NCBI GenBank assembly: GCA_951406725.2
Contig: OX597827.1
Coordinates: 83,142,001-83,206,000, forward strand
Reading direction: 5' to 3'
DNA length: 64,000 nt
DNA from: Octopus vulgaris
Lineage: Eukaryota
A program made the position numbers and the translations under genes. Shown one piece after another: positions 33,481 through 48,009 of this stretch. The notes beneath the pieces are model-generated. The model did no database searches and had not been told where the DNA came from. It saw only the letters and a program-made list of their open reading frames with translations. Positions within the stretch are counted from its first letter, which is position 1; each line of letters starts with the position of its first letter.

Positions 33481-33639
33481 GATATGCACACATGAAAACA
33501 TATACACGCATAAATACTGTGTATGTGCACACATGCATATGCATGCATGTGCATCTGTATGTTTTACACACATACATGTATAACTGCAAAGAGAGTCTTT
33601 GTGTGATCCAGTTATACAAGTGCAGTAAGAATGGAGTGC

Positions 33640-34200
33640 ACCTGGAAAGTAGATTCTCCAAACAGCTCAGAATGTTCTACAGAAGTAATCTGTGCCACCC
33701 AGATAAAGTAATTCGCTGTGGTGGGGCCATACTGAAGAAAGATTACTGTCTCTGCTGGCAACAGAAGGTCTCTCCTACATGAAGAGCAAATTGTTGTGGG
33801 TAGAGTATCATGCTACTTGATGATGAGGCTGGGCTCTGAATGTAGAGGACATGCAAAGTTCACAAAGAAATGAGGTGAACATGCTCCACTGAATGTGTGA
33901 TGCGCATGAATGGTATAGCAAAGGATCTGAAAGGAAATTTGTGAACAAGAAGAATCAGATATAGTTTTGTGAAAAAGAAGTTTTCAGTGGTTTGGCATGT
34001 AATGTCTATGTACAATGGTGTCTGCATAAAGCAGTGCTAAGCATTTAAAATAGAACGGAAGAGGAAGACCTAGCAAGACGTGGGGTGAAGGGGTGAAAAC
34101 TCTTCTCAAGTTACTGAAACTCACAAAATAAATGATGAAGGATTGCAGTGTTTAATGATATTGTTTTACTGGAAAAGTCCACTATTTCAGGTAAGCATGG
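33640..34200 (+). mobile_element. RTE-clade LINE 3' fragment, degraded
   Basis: Remnants of the W-FGHV and RGRP.KTW motifs (GTGGTTTGGCATGTAATG; AGAGGAAGACCTAGCAAGACGTGG). Confidence 0.7.
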
Positions 34201-35529
34201 CAGAGAGAAAGAATGTTAATAAAGGGAGTGGCTTGTCTGTTCTTGATGTATTGACCCACTACTCCTTGCTGGCTGCATTCACCCACTGCTCTCACACTTT
34301 TGTCTTCTTTGTCTATCCTGGTTTAGACAAATGTGTTACTGAGATATTGTTTTACAGTCAGATGCCCATCCTGTCACTAGCACTAACCTGTTATTCCACA
34401 CATCTTCAAAGGTGCAAAGCCAGATGACTCATTAGCTGGCAAGATGACAACAATATCACTGCTGGAAGCTAAAGGGTTTTCAGGGAAGTGGTGCAAATGT
34501 AAGCAAAAATGAATGCATGCGTGCGCACACACACACACACATCAAAAGAACAAACATTTTCACATGCAGCACTGTAAATCATGACAACTGCAACATTTGG
34601 GGCAGTGAACCAGACACGAAATCAATTGGTAAATGTTACTCAAGGCCAAAAGTAAATAGAGTTGTTGTCAGAGTTTAAAGAGGTTTCTTCGTTGATGGAA
34701 ACATTACAGATAAAAACTACTTGAACCTGCCGGACCATTCTTTTAAAGACACACACACCCAATCACCATTATTTCATACATACACTTTCCATGCTGGCAT
34801 GGGTTAAATGGATGATCCCATTTCTTATTCAATGCTACTGTTCGCTTAGGTCAAAGACCATATCACACTGCTACATTACATTTTGACCTGGATGTCCTCC
34901 CATCACCATCACTGAATGCTTTACAGAACCGACTGAATACATTTTATCATGGTGGGTTGTTAATGTGAAATGGTTACAAAACCAACTGTCATCATATGGT
35001 ATGATGAATAGGAGAGCGAATGGGTGGGCCATGTAGGGCTAAGGCCATCCTCAATTGCACTGACACTACAGCACAGTAAGCATACAAGGTCTGCTGCCAT
35101 CCTTAGTGACCTTGGCAACATAGTACGATGAATAGTTGAGTGATAGAGAGAGGAGAGAAGAAGGATGAGAAATGAGTGAAGCAAGACAGCAGATGTGTAA
35201 GCATCGAGACTATTGGATGAGAAACCCAAATGTAGATGCCTTCCAGCTTCCATCGTCACCACCAATTTCTAGATGTTTTTAACATTCACTTTACTGTGCT
35301 CAAGGTCTTTCCCTGGCACTGCATCTGGCCAAATATCTTGATCTTTTGTCATTTCCTCTGTAAGCATCAACAGCCTAAGATGAGTCCAATTCAACCTAGT
35401 GGTCACACCACCAACTAACACTTAACATACCTTTAGTAGAGTCCACTCAGCATTTGGGCCAGATTTCAGGTTTCAAGATAACTTCCTTTCTGTTTGCCAC
35501 CCATCTCAGCAGCCCCACAGACAGTCAGA

Positions 35530-35770
35530 GGCCCTGTCTTCTTTCTTAACTAATAATTTTTTCCCCCTTCTTTTTAAAGTCTACTTGAGTTTCTCCTTCC
35601 ACAGTTTCCATCAACTTTGAAGGCTCTGCACTTCTTTATACACCTCTCATCCATCATACAAAACACACACCCACACCAGTGGTCTTCTCTTATATATTTC
35701 ACCATTTCATTCCTCTAATATGTAATTTTCTCTTACAGCTCATTTGTCCTCCATTGCTGATGCATGCATA
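35530..35770 (-). mobile_element. RTE-clade LINE fragment
   Basis: The minus strand reads MMDERCIKKCRAFKVDGNCGRR, parallel to the 33640-34200 fragment. Confidence 0.6.
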
Positions 35771-37630
35771 CACACATTGTGTGTGTGTGTGTGCGCACGT
35801 GCATGCACATCTACACACACACACACACACATAAATTACTACATAGCTAATGGCTGCAAGGAGTTTATAAAAGCCAGACATTACATAATCTGCTATTCTC
35901 ACTAAAATCCAATAAAGAAATTTTTAGTTAAGTGTGTTTAAAGGTAATACTATAGAGCAGAGTTAATGGAGCATTCAATACTTGTTACAGCTGGAAATAA
36001 GAACGGTGGTGGTGGTGGTGGTGGTGGTGGTGGCAGCGGCGGTGGCGGCAGTGATGGTGGTGGTTGGTAGTGGCAGGCATTTTAATCCCAGCAGACCAAA
36101 ATGTTTGTTTAAAAGAACTTATCTAAATACAAAATATTCAACAATATCTGGTGTAGTGTCAGGCAAAAACAATCCCACCGTAACATTTATTTGGATGAGG
36201 ATCATGACGACGATGATAAGGAAAAGGCAGAGAAATTTTACCAAAATTTCTCCATATCCACGCCGTAAGGTAGCATCCAAATAAAAGAACAGTTTGTGGC
36301 TGCAACATGCTTCAGCAAATGCAGTTGCAAACGAAACCCTACTGCAACACCCTCCTAAAAGTATTCTCTCTCCTATTCAGCCCAGACAAAATTTTTTTTT
36401 AAATACCTACAAAAATAACAACATCAGTAAGAGTGACCATGAATGAGACAAGCACCACCTCAATCCTCACCAATGTACCAGGATGCACACTAACAAGATA
36501 TCAACTATTGCACTCTAACCAACCCTAAACCTTTTCCACCTCTGCTATAGCTGCTACCAAGACTTACAAACGGAGAAAGGAGGAGCAGAGTGTGTAGCAC
36601 CTGCCTCCACTCTCTTCTATGGTTCTCTGTTATGATTTATGAGGAACACTAGGGATTGAGGTGCATGACTAACTAAAATGGGTCGGTTTAATGAGGTTTG
36701 ACTAATGCCATCAACACCACTCACCACCATCTTGATATGGTTAGAAATGTAGTGAAAGGGCAGAATAATAGTAAATACACATTGAAAATGGTGCATGTCT
36801 CCACACCTGACCAGACCTGGCAGAAATGAACAGCAAAGATAAAATTTGAACTCAGAACAAAGCAAAACAATAGCCATTCTACCCACAACATTTAACAGTG
36901 TCACAGTTAACCTAGATCTCAGTGCTGGTTTTATTTCATCCAACTTAAAAGGATGGCATTAAGTAAACTGATCCTCAATAGGGTTTTAAATCAAAACAAA
37001 AAGGGATGCAACTGCACAGCACAACGTATTTCAGCCACAGATCTACCGGACTTTCTTTTAAATCCATCATACTAATAAAATAGCTAATTACTACATTAGC
37101 CACTGATCAAATCAACATGAGATAAACTATGGCCAACAGGGGTCCCTCAGCATAGCTGCTTAACAAAATAGGAATAGCAGCTAAATTTCCCTTATACCTC
37201 TATCAAGGAACAATACAGTTGATAATGTAATTTTAGATGTTCTGTGTCTGAGTAAAAGATTGTTTAGTTGGAATGGCACTGATCACAGCTCACTTGATTA
37301 GACAGGATTCAGGGCTGAACAACAACCGTTCAATTTAGTGAAAATGAAAAGATGGGAAACGATTTGAGCCAAAGTTAATTAGGAGAGTAGAAATGAGGGA
37401 CACAACAACATTATAAGACTAAAGAGTAAAGACTAAGCAAACCGACAGCAGCAATGGTCAATGAGAATATCATAGGAGGAGGAGGGGGGAATGGGGTGTT
37501 GCAAATGATGGGGAAAGGGAGCTATTTAAGACCGGGGGGGGGGTCATCTCTGATGTGTTGGCCATAAAAGTGTAAGGTTACAGATATGCTGAGGTAAATT
37601 ATATATCTAGAGAGAGAGAGAGAGAGAGAC

Positions 37631-37679
<49 letters not shown>

Positions 37680-39397
37680 CAGAGAGAGAGAGAAGGGGGG
37701 AGCGGTGAAGTGAAGTGGTTAATGATGCTGGAAGAACACTATCAGAGGAATAGGGAGCAAAACAAGGAGCAGTAAAAGTAGCCCCTTAGAGGGTAAAGTT
37801 ATTTGAAGGGCAGCAGGGAGGGGGGGGGGGAGATTATACAAAATTCACTTTCCAAAGGCAGATGCAACAGGGCAGAATGATGGAGAAGTAGCATAGAAAA
37901 GAGTAGAATAGTAGAGCAGTAAAGGGACCAGTGTAGAAGAGTGGTGAATAGTGGAGGAGTGTCATGTCTAAGGATGGGATCCCCTGGCAGGGTAGAGTCA
38001 TTAGTCTGTGATATATGATGAGGAGCAGGATGAAAGTCTGCTGGCAGACCACATGTGAGTGGCAGAGTATTGTAAGACATCTGATAGTTCATCCACAATA
38101 CACAGACACTCCCTTTCACAGCACACACTGATCCCTCTATTTATAGATTATTTTATGAACTTAGTTTCCATTCATTGATTATCTCAGATTGCAGATGCTG
38201 CAAAAGCAACTCTGCAACCAGCTACAATTACACTAACCACACAAATTGGCAACAAAATTATAATTATTTGTACATTGACTCTATACTCTTATAGAAATGA
38301 TTAAAACTGAGCAGTTTTATACACACACACACACACACACACACACAGCTATTGGCTGTCTGCTATTGTTAGTAAAACACTTGTTACTATCTCTCTCTCT
38401 CTCTCTCTCTCTCTCTATGGCACAATTCCCTCAACTTAACTGTTAATTAATAGTTAGATGCAATAGAGTAGAACAAGACAAGTATCTTTTGTCTGATAAT
38501 GTAAGGAATGTTTATTCAGCTTTCTCTCCAATTGATGCAACTGGAAAGGGAACTTGAAGCAGAATAATTTAATATATTGTTGGGTCTTTTCTACAAGGAG
38601 TCTCATTTAACAAGAATTCACTGCAAAACTGAGACCAGGTCATTATTTTATGAACAGTTTACAAATAGTTATCAAAAATAATTTATCAACAGTTAATTAA
38701 ATCTCACAAATTAAAAACTTTGCATCTATTTTATTTCATCAGCAACTGTAAATATTGAGAGAGAGAGAGTCCAGAATCAGTAAAGATATAATTATACGAA
38801 TATATGAATTGCCTAATTTTTTAAAGATGCAATCTTAGTAACAAATACAAGACATAAGAGTTGACATTATTCTCGATGCATTTAAGACACTTGAAGAATC
38901 CTTATAAACAATACCAAATTTCTCCAAGAATATAATAACTATTGGTGAAGTAATTCAAATTCAGCTCAAAGTCAGATTGTTGCTAAGAATAGAAAAACGA
39001 GATGACAATCAAGCTGTATGTACTATCATCACCAGTCCTTATAATAAAACTAAATAATACTGATTTTTTAGTGTTGCAATGGAAAAATTAAAATTTCCAG
39101 TCAACCCTTTGCCAGGCAAACCATATTTCCCCCAACTAGATACAGGAATATATGAAAAGAAGACACTAAAATCATTGAAGGCATTTATAAAAATAAATAC
39201 AACACAATTTTCTAGATTCACCCAAATAAGAATAAATTTAAAACTTCTTTTTAATACCAACTCAGCTGAGACACCTTATACTAAAATATTCACATTTAAT
39301 TAAAATCTCAATCAAAACCTCATTACTACATGAATGACATGAGATTTCATTTGGACAATAAAGTTAATTATTATGCACCTACTGGCCAACACCAATA

Positions 39398-39431
<34 letters not shown>

Positions 39432-40743
39432 TACAGTGTGCATGTGTGTACACACACACTAATATACCAATATACAAAATTACAGTTATTTAACTAAACC
39501 TCTCCAAAATATTGATTATATTGAAAATCTATTGAAATACAAAAGCTACTCATAGGAAATAAAGTGAGAAAAAAGTCATCTAGAAAGCTGAGTCAGTCTC
39601 CTTCAAATTTTTCAAATTTGAGAAACTTCTCAAAAGTCAGCATTGTAAGTATGTTGCATGCAAATTAATAGCAAAAATACCTTTGTTGTACTGTTCCAGT
39701 TGAAAGAAGGATTGTCTTCTTCAGGAGATGGAGCTTGCAGAAACAAATAGTAAACTTATAATTTTCAATTCCACAAACCAGAGACAATCTGAATTCAAAT
39801 TTCACAAGTTCATACTGTTTATATTTTTAGTTTTCACTACTTACATTAATAGCAATGTAAGTATTTTAGCAGGAAAACAAACAATAACAGTTCTCTAAAA
39901 CTTAAAACTGTAAAGGCCTTTACAGTGTTTATCACACTCCACCATAGTTTTATTATAACACTGTGTTATAATTGGGCATGTGTTGACATTGTGTGTCACT
40001 GGGTATATATTGTCATGGTAGTATTATAGGACATAGATTAACCTAGTAATGCTGTTGGGTGTGAACTCTCTTGTTGCTTCAATGAACAAAGGTTCAACAA
40101 GTCACAGCTACTGGACCATCACTCTACAGCTGCCTTTGTGCAGGGTCAAAGCTGAAGCTTCCAGTAGTATTTTCTACTTGTCCCTATTAAATTTTTTTCC
40201 CCTATCACCACTAGACTTACAAAGAAAGCAGATGGTGTTGGTGCTGGTGTCTTGGTCTGATGTACATCTTGTATGATGACTATTATTATTATTATTATAG
40301 CGGTTTGCATGGTTTGTGCAGAGCCAGTCCCACTCTCCTGTCCCCCAAACTTGTATTGATCTGGTGTAACAAATGCCAGGGGCCCAGTAGTTATCAGGAT
40401 GCAGGATTTGTATGGAGTTACCTTCTCTTCGATGACCTATTAAAGAGCTGAAGGACCACATTGGCCATGGGTCCATTGGGGAGTCTGTGAGTGACCTTCC
40501 AGAGGCAGTCCTGTGACATGCTAATTAAGCCACAGTTGGGACCCTGACAAGTGCTACTACTCAAGATTAAAGTAGATCCAGGTAACAATAATGGCTAAGA
40601 GCTTGTTTTACATTCCTCAAAACTCTGGAACTTCCAAACCAGGGCTCCACTACCAAATACAGTTTAAAGTTATACCCAGGATAAATATTAACATATCGTG
40701 AAGTATATATTAATTAACATAGTAGTGTTATTAAGTATATATT

Positions 40744-40958
40744 TCTTTTCTACTCTAGGCACAAGTCCCAAAATTGGGGGGGAGGGGGGCAGCCGATTAG
40801 ACCGACCCCAGTATGCAAATGGTACTTAATTTATCAACCCAAAAGGATGAAAGGCAAATTCAACGTTGGCGAAATTTGAACTCAGAACATAAAGACAGAT
40901 GAAATACCGCTAAGCATTTCACCCGGCATGTTAACGATTCTGCCAGCTCGCCACTTTT
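40744..40958 (-). mobile_element. SINE family S1 copy
   Basis: Homologous to 3911-4142 and 28238-28452. Confidence 0.88.
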
Positions 40959-41720
40959 TATTAGGTACATATTAACACAGTAATGCTATTGGATATGTAG
41001 GACTTAACACAAAAGTATGACAGGTATTGTAGTGTTGATCAGAACTTTTCATTTCATAATCATATTGGAACCAACCAACACTAAAGGTATGAGGTTAAAA
41101 CTAAAACACACAACAAGTATCTCTTGTGAAATCAAATTTTAAAAGATCAGAACACATCATTGATGATGTGTTGACAGACAATAAAAACGTCATATATGTA
41201 AAGGGATAAGATTTTGAACCCATCACCACTTAAGGTTTAAATGAGAGACGAACAACTGTTACAGAAACATAGCAATAAATATATGAAACTAAATACATTT
41301 ATGGTGGGGGGGGGGAATGAAGAGTACATCCTAGCAGCAATAACAACTGCAGAAGTAACATTTCAACCAACAAAATGAGATGCCAAGTCATCTAGCCATA
41401 CATCACTTCCTTATATTGTCTAAGTTGATCAATGACTAAGCAACTGTTGAGCTGCTTATCTAAGAAGACCAACAATTGAAACACCTTCCTTCATAAATCA
41501 ACAGTACAGAAGGTAATAGATCCATTGTTAACTCTTTAAAACTAATATAGGATAAAAAAATTTTTTGAAAAAAAATTTTATCAATGGCCAGCATATCAAA
41601 AAATGCCTTTAAAGGTTTTTTTCTTTTGCCCTTATTTTATAAGTTATTTATAAATTTAACCTTTAAAGGTATGTTAACTCTTTAAATGTGGATGCTCTGA
41701 AAAGATAACTGTGGGGGTAT

Positions 41721-42105
41721 TGAGTGGAAGCACTCAGTCGGTTACGACGACGAGGGTTCCGGTTGATCCGATCAACGGAACAGCCTGCTCGTGAAATTAA
41801 CGTGTAAGTGGCTGAGCACTCCACAGACACATGCACCCTTAACGTAGTTCTCGGGGATATTCAGCGTGACACAGAGAGTAACAAGGCCGGCCCTTTGAAA
41901 TACAGGTACAACAGAAACAGGAAGTAAGAGTGAGAGAAAGTTGTGGTGAAAGAGTACAGCAGGGATCACCACCATCCCTGCCGGAGCCTCGTGGAGCTTT
42001 AGGTGTTTTCGCTCAATAAACACTCACAACGCCTGGTCTGGGAATCGAAACCACGATCCTACGACCGCGAGTCCGCTGCCCTAACCACTGGGCCATTGCG
42101 CCTCC
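41721..42105 (-). mobile_element. tRNA(Arg)-like SINE family S3, full length with probable target-site duplication
   Basis: Minus-strand head GGAGGCGCAATGGCCCAGTGGTTAGGGCAGCGGACTCGCGG with A box and B-box-like GGTTTCGATTCCC. GGGGGTAT is present on both flanks (41713-41720, 42108-42115). Confidence 0.92.
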
Positions 42106-42992
42106 TGGGGGGTATAAACTAAAGAACAACAGTAGAGTGATGTTAAGTTATACATCTTTTCATTCTGAGTTCAAATCACACTAGGATAGAGATATTCTTC
42201 ATCCTTCAGGGGGGCAATAGCTATCAGTCATAGAGTACATGTAACAGAATTTTCACTTGACAAATATGAAAATAGTTATTTTGACCCTTAAACACTGCTC
42301 ACACCACTGTTTGATGAATATTGATAAATTAATCAGTCAAAAATAAAATAGAAAGAAAATAACTTTAGAATTTTAGAGAAACAAACTTTCTATTCTTACA
42401 AAAATATTGCATCTCTATATTTTTGGCCTATGATATTTGACACCAGAATTACCATTCTATGTGCACAGAGTGCCCAGTTAAAATGCTTGAGACTATTAGG
42501 AGAATAATAACCTGGAGGAAGTTTGTATACTATTGACTAGAAAAGAGAGAATAATTAGGTGTACAGTACCTCGTTACTGCAAGCTGACAGAAAGGCATGA
42601 AATCACTATCAATTAAACTATTTAAAACAGTTGAATTGTTAAGTTCATTATAGCCTTTAATGAGGGACTCTTTCAAGAAGTCATAAATCATAAATTTTTC
42701 TAACCCCTACTGCACAAAACATTCCACGAATGACGACTTTGAAGAAAACATACAAAGCTGTTGCTATTATTGTTTAGAGGTAAAGGTTCATTCTTGTGAG
42801 GAAGGACTGGCAAACAATCAGAAAAGTGATCAATGCCTGGTAAAGTCCAGCTTGCAAAAGTGTTAATGTCACAATTGAGATAATGGATGGACCAGGCGCA
42901 AGACACGCAGGAAATGTATACAAAGAGAAAGGAAGAGCAAATCTTGACAAGATCAACCATAAGATAGCATTATTCATTGTTTTCATTACAAG

Positions 42993-43150
42993 TTGTTGTT
43001 GTTTAGCCCCAGGCCAGCACTTATAAAACAGATCTACAATGAAAAGCATCCTAACCATGACCATCTTCCCTGCCCCATCAAACATCGTGCATTTTTGTTT
43101 CTGAGGAAGGTAGGGCATGATTTAGCTCTTGCTTTTAGCAAATCAAGCAA
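42993..43150 (-). mobile_element. Old interspersed repeat (SINE tail-like); other copies at about 8220, 12615, 37150, 45660 and 53505
   Basis: Recurrent CTAGAAATAGCAGCC(A/T)AATCTCC...GGATAAT...GGGCTAAACAACAAC motif in both orientations. Confidence 0.6.
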
Positions 43151-44527
43151 TCCTATTAAGACTCTTTTATTGCCATATTTTAACTATGACCTGTTCAAAT
43201 ATACAAATTCCTTGTACTTTTTTTGTGACCAGAAAAGCAACACTTCTAATTAAGGCTGCGAGAGCTCATTTCTGAAAAGGATTCCTATGGAGACTAGCTC
43301 CATTTAGTGATCTAAAACCCAAAAGATGATTATTTCCCATTTCATTCTGCTTGAAACTGCCAAATTGTATACCTAATTAAAAGGAGCTTGTTATGAATTA
43401 AGTATGGAGTCAGCAGTAGAAGAGAGGACATAACAGGACACAGTATCTTCTGACTGAAGTAGAGTACCACTACTCCTACACCTGAACAGCAGAAGGTAGA
43501 TCTGTACATTTGGGGTCAAACTCTTATAAATGACACCAATGATGATGATGATGATGATGACAACGGAGGGGGGACAGATTTCATATGAACCTTCTTTTTC
43601 ACGTTAAAAATCAACCAAACTAACAATCAGTGACATGTTGCTACGATTAGCCATAGAATGAGGAAAATAAATGATATCATTGTTATCTTAGACATCTGCA
43701 AGGAAAGGAAGAAGTCAGCTGTTAAAAATATATTCTACCAAAAACTATTGATAAACCAGTTTAGTTTTTAGAAGTCTTATTGCATCAACACTATACAACA
43801 TTGGCGTAAGAATAGATGGGGGTGGGGGTGGGGGGCCAACCAATGCTGCGATAATGATAGCAATTCAAGTGATGCAATAAGACATGTCGTCTCTGAAATC
43901 AGAAGCAGCTTACACTGACAGGTAGATGCTAAATGAGTTTTTGTTTCTTTTAGTTTAAGAGACAATCCTTCTTTAAACCCTTTCTTTAAACATTACTGTA
44001 AATATAACACACACACACAACACACACACACACACACACACACAGAGTTTACCAACTTACTATATTTGTTAAAAGCAAGTCTGATATTTCCTGGCAAAGA
44101 AATGTCAGGATGAGACAAGCATAGAGTCACTAGAAATAGTAGTTAAATGTCAGTTTACAGTTGAAGAGCATGCTAAATAGTGCAGTATAGAACCCTCCAT
44201 CAAGGTTGGACAACCACCAAAGTGATATGATATTGAATTGATTTACAGTTAATATTGTAAATAATTATTTCCACTTTATGTACAAGGACACTAAAAGGGT
44301 GGAAGGGAGCATAGCCAATCCAATGACCTAGCACTTGACCATTGCTTATTTCATTGGCCCCAGGGTTAATGAAAGATAATGTTGACCCCAAATGGATTTG
44401 AACTAAAAGAACATAAATAGCACCACATTTTGTCTGATTTTCTAGTATTTCACCTTCCAAATAAAAATGATACATTATTTGGTGACAAAGAAATACTTTC
44501 CCTCTGTATGTGTGTGTGTGTGTTAAT

Positions 44528-44532
<5 letters not shown>

Positions 44533-44609
<77 letters not shown>
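44533..44609. repeat. (GA)n microsatellite
   Basis: Read directly from the sequence. Confidence 0.97.
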
Positions 44610-44612
<3 letters not shown>

Positions 44613-45911
44613 CACGTAAGTATGTTGTCTGATAAATAGAGCCTCGCAAATATCATTAATATAGAGGAGCATCTGAGAAAATATTGTGAAAAAACAAGAT
44701 ATTTGTCTTTTAAGTCAGAACATGAAAACTATCAACTGCATTAAAGTTGACTACATTGAAACAGATGGAGAGAAAAACTAGGTGAGAAAAACTGGTGTCA
44801 GCCCCAGTGAACACAATAGAATAAGAGAAGAGCGGTTTGGACAGGCAATATATAAGAGAAGAATGATGGTTGATAGAATTATGGAAACGGGAGTGTGCCG
44901 GAGAGAAGTACAAGTGGTGACAAGATACGGTGTGGAAAGCCATGAAACAGATCAGTAATCCTTAATTAAAATTTTATTAAAACAAGACGAGGAGAGAAGA
45001 CAGTTTTATGAAAGGAGATTCTATGAAAAAAGTATTTTAGTCATTTCACACAACTAATTACTAAGCTGTACTCATTAAATACATGAAATTTAATTGAAGA
45101 GCAATTTGGTGACTATGAACAACAAATATTTTAGATACAAAACAAACCTTCGTATCAAACCGCGTGTTTAAACTCTAAGCCCTCTTACATTCGGTGTTCG
45201 GTTGTTAAACTATTCTAGTTTGATACAGCCTGTATTCATAACGGTATCAACAGTTGTGTATGTTGTAGTTTACCTTTGAAGTGTAGTGTCGGATAAATAC
45301 TACTACTACTACTAAAGCATACAGTATGAAAGAGTAAGTAGAACCCCTATTACACATCAGTAGCTGGGAATGCTACTGTTGCACAGGGTTACTTAGGAAC
45401 GATACAAATGATTTTCATGTTACAAAAAGACACGTTTCTCCATATTAAAGTATAACGCTACAACACCAACAACAACACCAACAGACCTTTAGACCGACGA
45501 CGACTGACATTTGTAACCTCAACAACTTATGTACCTCTTGACCCCCTTTTCTTAACGGTCGCCGACCCTGCTGGCTCCTCTATCTCTCCCCTGCTACAAA
45601 ATCATCAGAAATGACCAGGGGATGAGTCTTTGGGTTAGCCTCTGTTTGGTCTTTTGACCTACTAGAAGTAGCAGCCAAATCAAACCCAACATTTGATAAT
45701 GTAGTCTGAGGTGGTCACAGCAAGAATTAGCTTCAATCGTTGGCCAAGTTTAACAGGAAAACTTTATGGCTTCCAATGAAGTTCATGGTTAACTCGTCGT
45801 CCACAATTATTGAGATGGGGAGACTGAAAAGGGGATCGTTTTACAGAGGTTTTCATCAGGTTTCAGACGTTGAAAATAAAAGCGGACGACAGATTCTGAG
45901 CTTCTACGTAA

Positions 45912-45946
<35 letters not shown>

Positions 45947-46203
45947 GAGACACGATAGGACTATGTTTATGTAAAGGCTCTCCTTAAGGGTCAATTTCTG
46001 TTTTACCAACATTTTTCACTGGTTCAGCAATAATCAGATTCAACGGGCCACTAAACAGTTTTCTTCAGATTGATGTAACATGAACGGGTGTTTTTTCCTG
46101 AATAAGCTTGCGGGGGGGGGGGGGGGGTAGATTTCTACCTTTCTGTCCATCTCGATACCATGAATAAAATGAAATGTTGACATTTAACATTAATAGTTTG
46201 AGT

Positions 46204-46400
46204 AAGGTGACAAGCAGGCGGAATCGTCAGCATGTCGGCATTTCGTTCGCTTTTACATTCTGAGTTCAAATTCCCTGAGGTCGATTTGCCTTTCATTCTG
46301 TCGGGGTCGATAAAATAAGTCCCGGTTGATCACCGGAGCCAATGTAATCGACTTACCCCCTCACCTGAAATTGCTGGCCTTGTGCCAAACATTTGAAACA
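46204..46400 (+). mobile_element. SINE family S1 copy
   Basis: TTCTGAGTTCAAATTCCCTGAGGTCGATTTGCCTTTCATTCTGTCGGGGTCGATAAAATAAGT. Confidence 0.85.
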
Positions 46401-47237
46401 GGTATCATTACTTTGACTACTTTACCACTGCAACCCCCAAGATACGCATGCACATGCATTGAGGAGACAATAGCAGCAATAAGTGCAGCTGAAAGGCTGG
46501 ACTCTGGAGGTGCGCTGACAATGATGGAGCAGAGATGTCTCGTTGCTGTTGCCATTTTCCAAAGCACCGAACTCCGTCTGTACACATCCATTGTCTCATA
46601 CTGTGTCAGTGAAATGTGTCGGAAAATAGCAAGAGAATCTAGTCAACCCTGAACTGGCTTCTACAGACGTTGACTTAGAATCGTTGATGGGATGAAAATG
46701 TAATGGAAAGAGTCAGACGGACTAACATACAGTTATATCATTGCCATGAGATGGCGAAAGATGCTTGGCTATGTACTACGCCTGCCTACAAAGAGAGAGA
46801 TGTCCTGTCCCCGGGAAAACACAAACTTTCTTGTTCTTACTGACACGTTAATTCAAGAGAATTTTTGATTCTTGAGATTCTTTCTCTGCCGATTTAAACC
46901 AAAGAAGATAGGCGAGGAGAATGTGTGTGTTGTGCCACTCCCGCGGAATAGAGCTCATACAAACAGGCGGCGAGAGTTTCCTGAGTTCCTTACAGTTTCA
47001 CAAGCAGCTTTCCCCACCCCCACCAGACTTCAAAAAGAAAAACAAATAAATAATTGAGGGGAATTTAGAGAATCTACTCAGAATGCAAAGATCAGCCAAC
47101 TATCAAGTTATTTTACCCGACAATCTAACATATGCCAATTCACCGAGTACACACACCCAATCTTTTTTCTTTTACTTCCTTCAGTGATTGGACTGAGGCC
47201 TAGCTGGAGCACAGCCTTGAAGGGCTTTATATATATA

Positions 47238-47625
47238 TTCTTTTACTCTTTTACTTGTTTCAGTCATTTGACTGCGGCCATGCTGGAGCACCGCCTTTAG
47301 TCGAGCAAATCGACCCCGGGACTTATTCTTTGTAAGCGCAGTACTTATTCTATCGGTCTCTTTTGCCGAACCGCTAAGTGACGGGGACATAAACACACCA
47401 GCATCGGTTGTCAAGCAATGCTAGGGGGACAAACACAGACATACAAACACTTATATATATATAGACATATATACGACAGGCTTCTTTCAGTTTCCGTCTA
47501 CCAAATCCACTCACAAGGCATTGGTCGGTCCGGGGCTATAGCAGAAGACACTTGCCTAAAATGCCACGCAGTGGGACTGAACCCGGAACCATGTGGTTGG
47601 TTAGCAAGCTACTTACCACACGGCC
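47238..47625 (-). mobile_element. tRNA-derived SINE family S2, near full length
   Basis: Minus-strand head TGGCCGTGTGGTAAGTAGCTTGC...CCGGGTTCAGTCCC, internal (TA)n, tail GGCGGTGCTCCAGCATGGCCGCAGTCAAATGACTGAAACAAGTAAAAGAGTAAAAGA. Very similar to 60998-61381 and 63323-63487. Confidence 0.93.
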
Positions 47626-47838
47626 AATCCAAACATGAAAACACAACAACGCGAGGACGTGGAACAAATATATTATTATAGTTTATATATATATAAACAG
47701 TGTTGAGTGTCGAAAACAAAAAACATTCGGTACTACAGTAGAGATTATTTTGGTTGAGTCACTCCCTTGCTATTCTGAGTTTCACCTGTGAATAGACAAG
47801 GTCTTCAGACATAGGCGAAACCCAAAGTAGCAAGAGGC

Positions 47839-47867
<29 letters not shown>

Positions 47868-47869
<2 letters not shown>

Positions 47870-47946
47870 ACAGACGTGGTTATGTGGTAAGAAGCTTGCT
47901 TCCTAATTACATGGCTCCGGGTGCAACCCCACTACGTGGCACCTTG

Positions 47947-48009
<63 letters not shown>

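Noticed and set aside
42030-42105. Possible tRNA-Arg gene (also 50097-50175)
   Set aside because: It continues into a shared SINE body and lacks a proper cloverleaf and terminator, so it is a SINE head.
44700-44950. Purine-rich stretch resembling an antisense L2-type LINE end (similar at 7270-8100 and 25040-25260)
   Set aside because: Too degraded to assign without a profile search.
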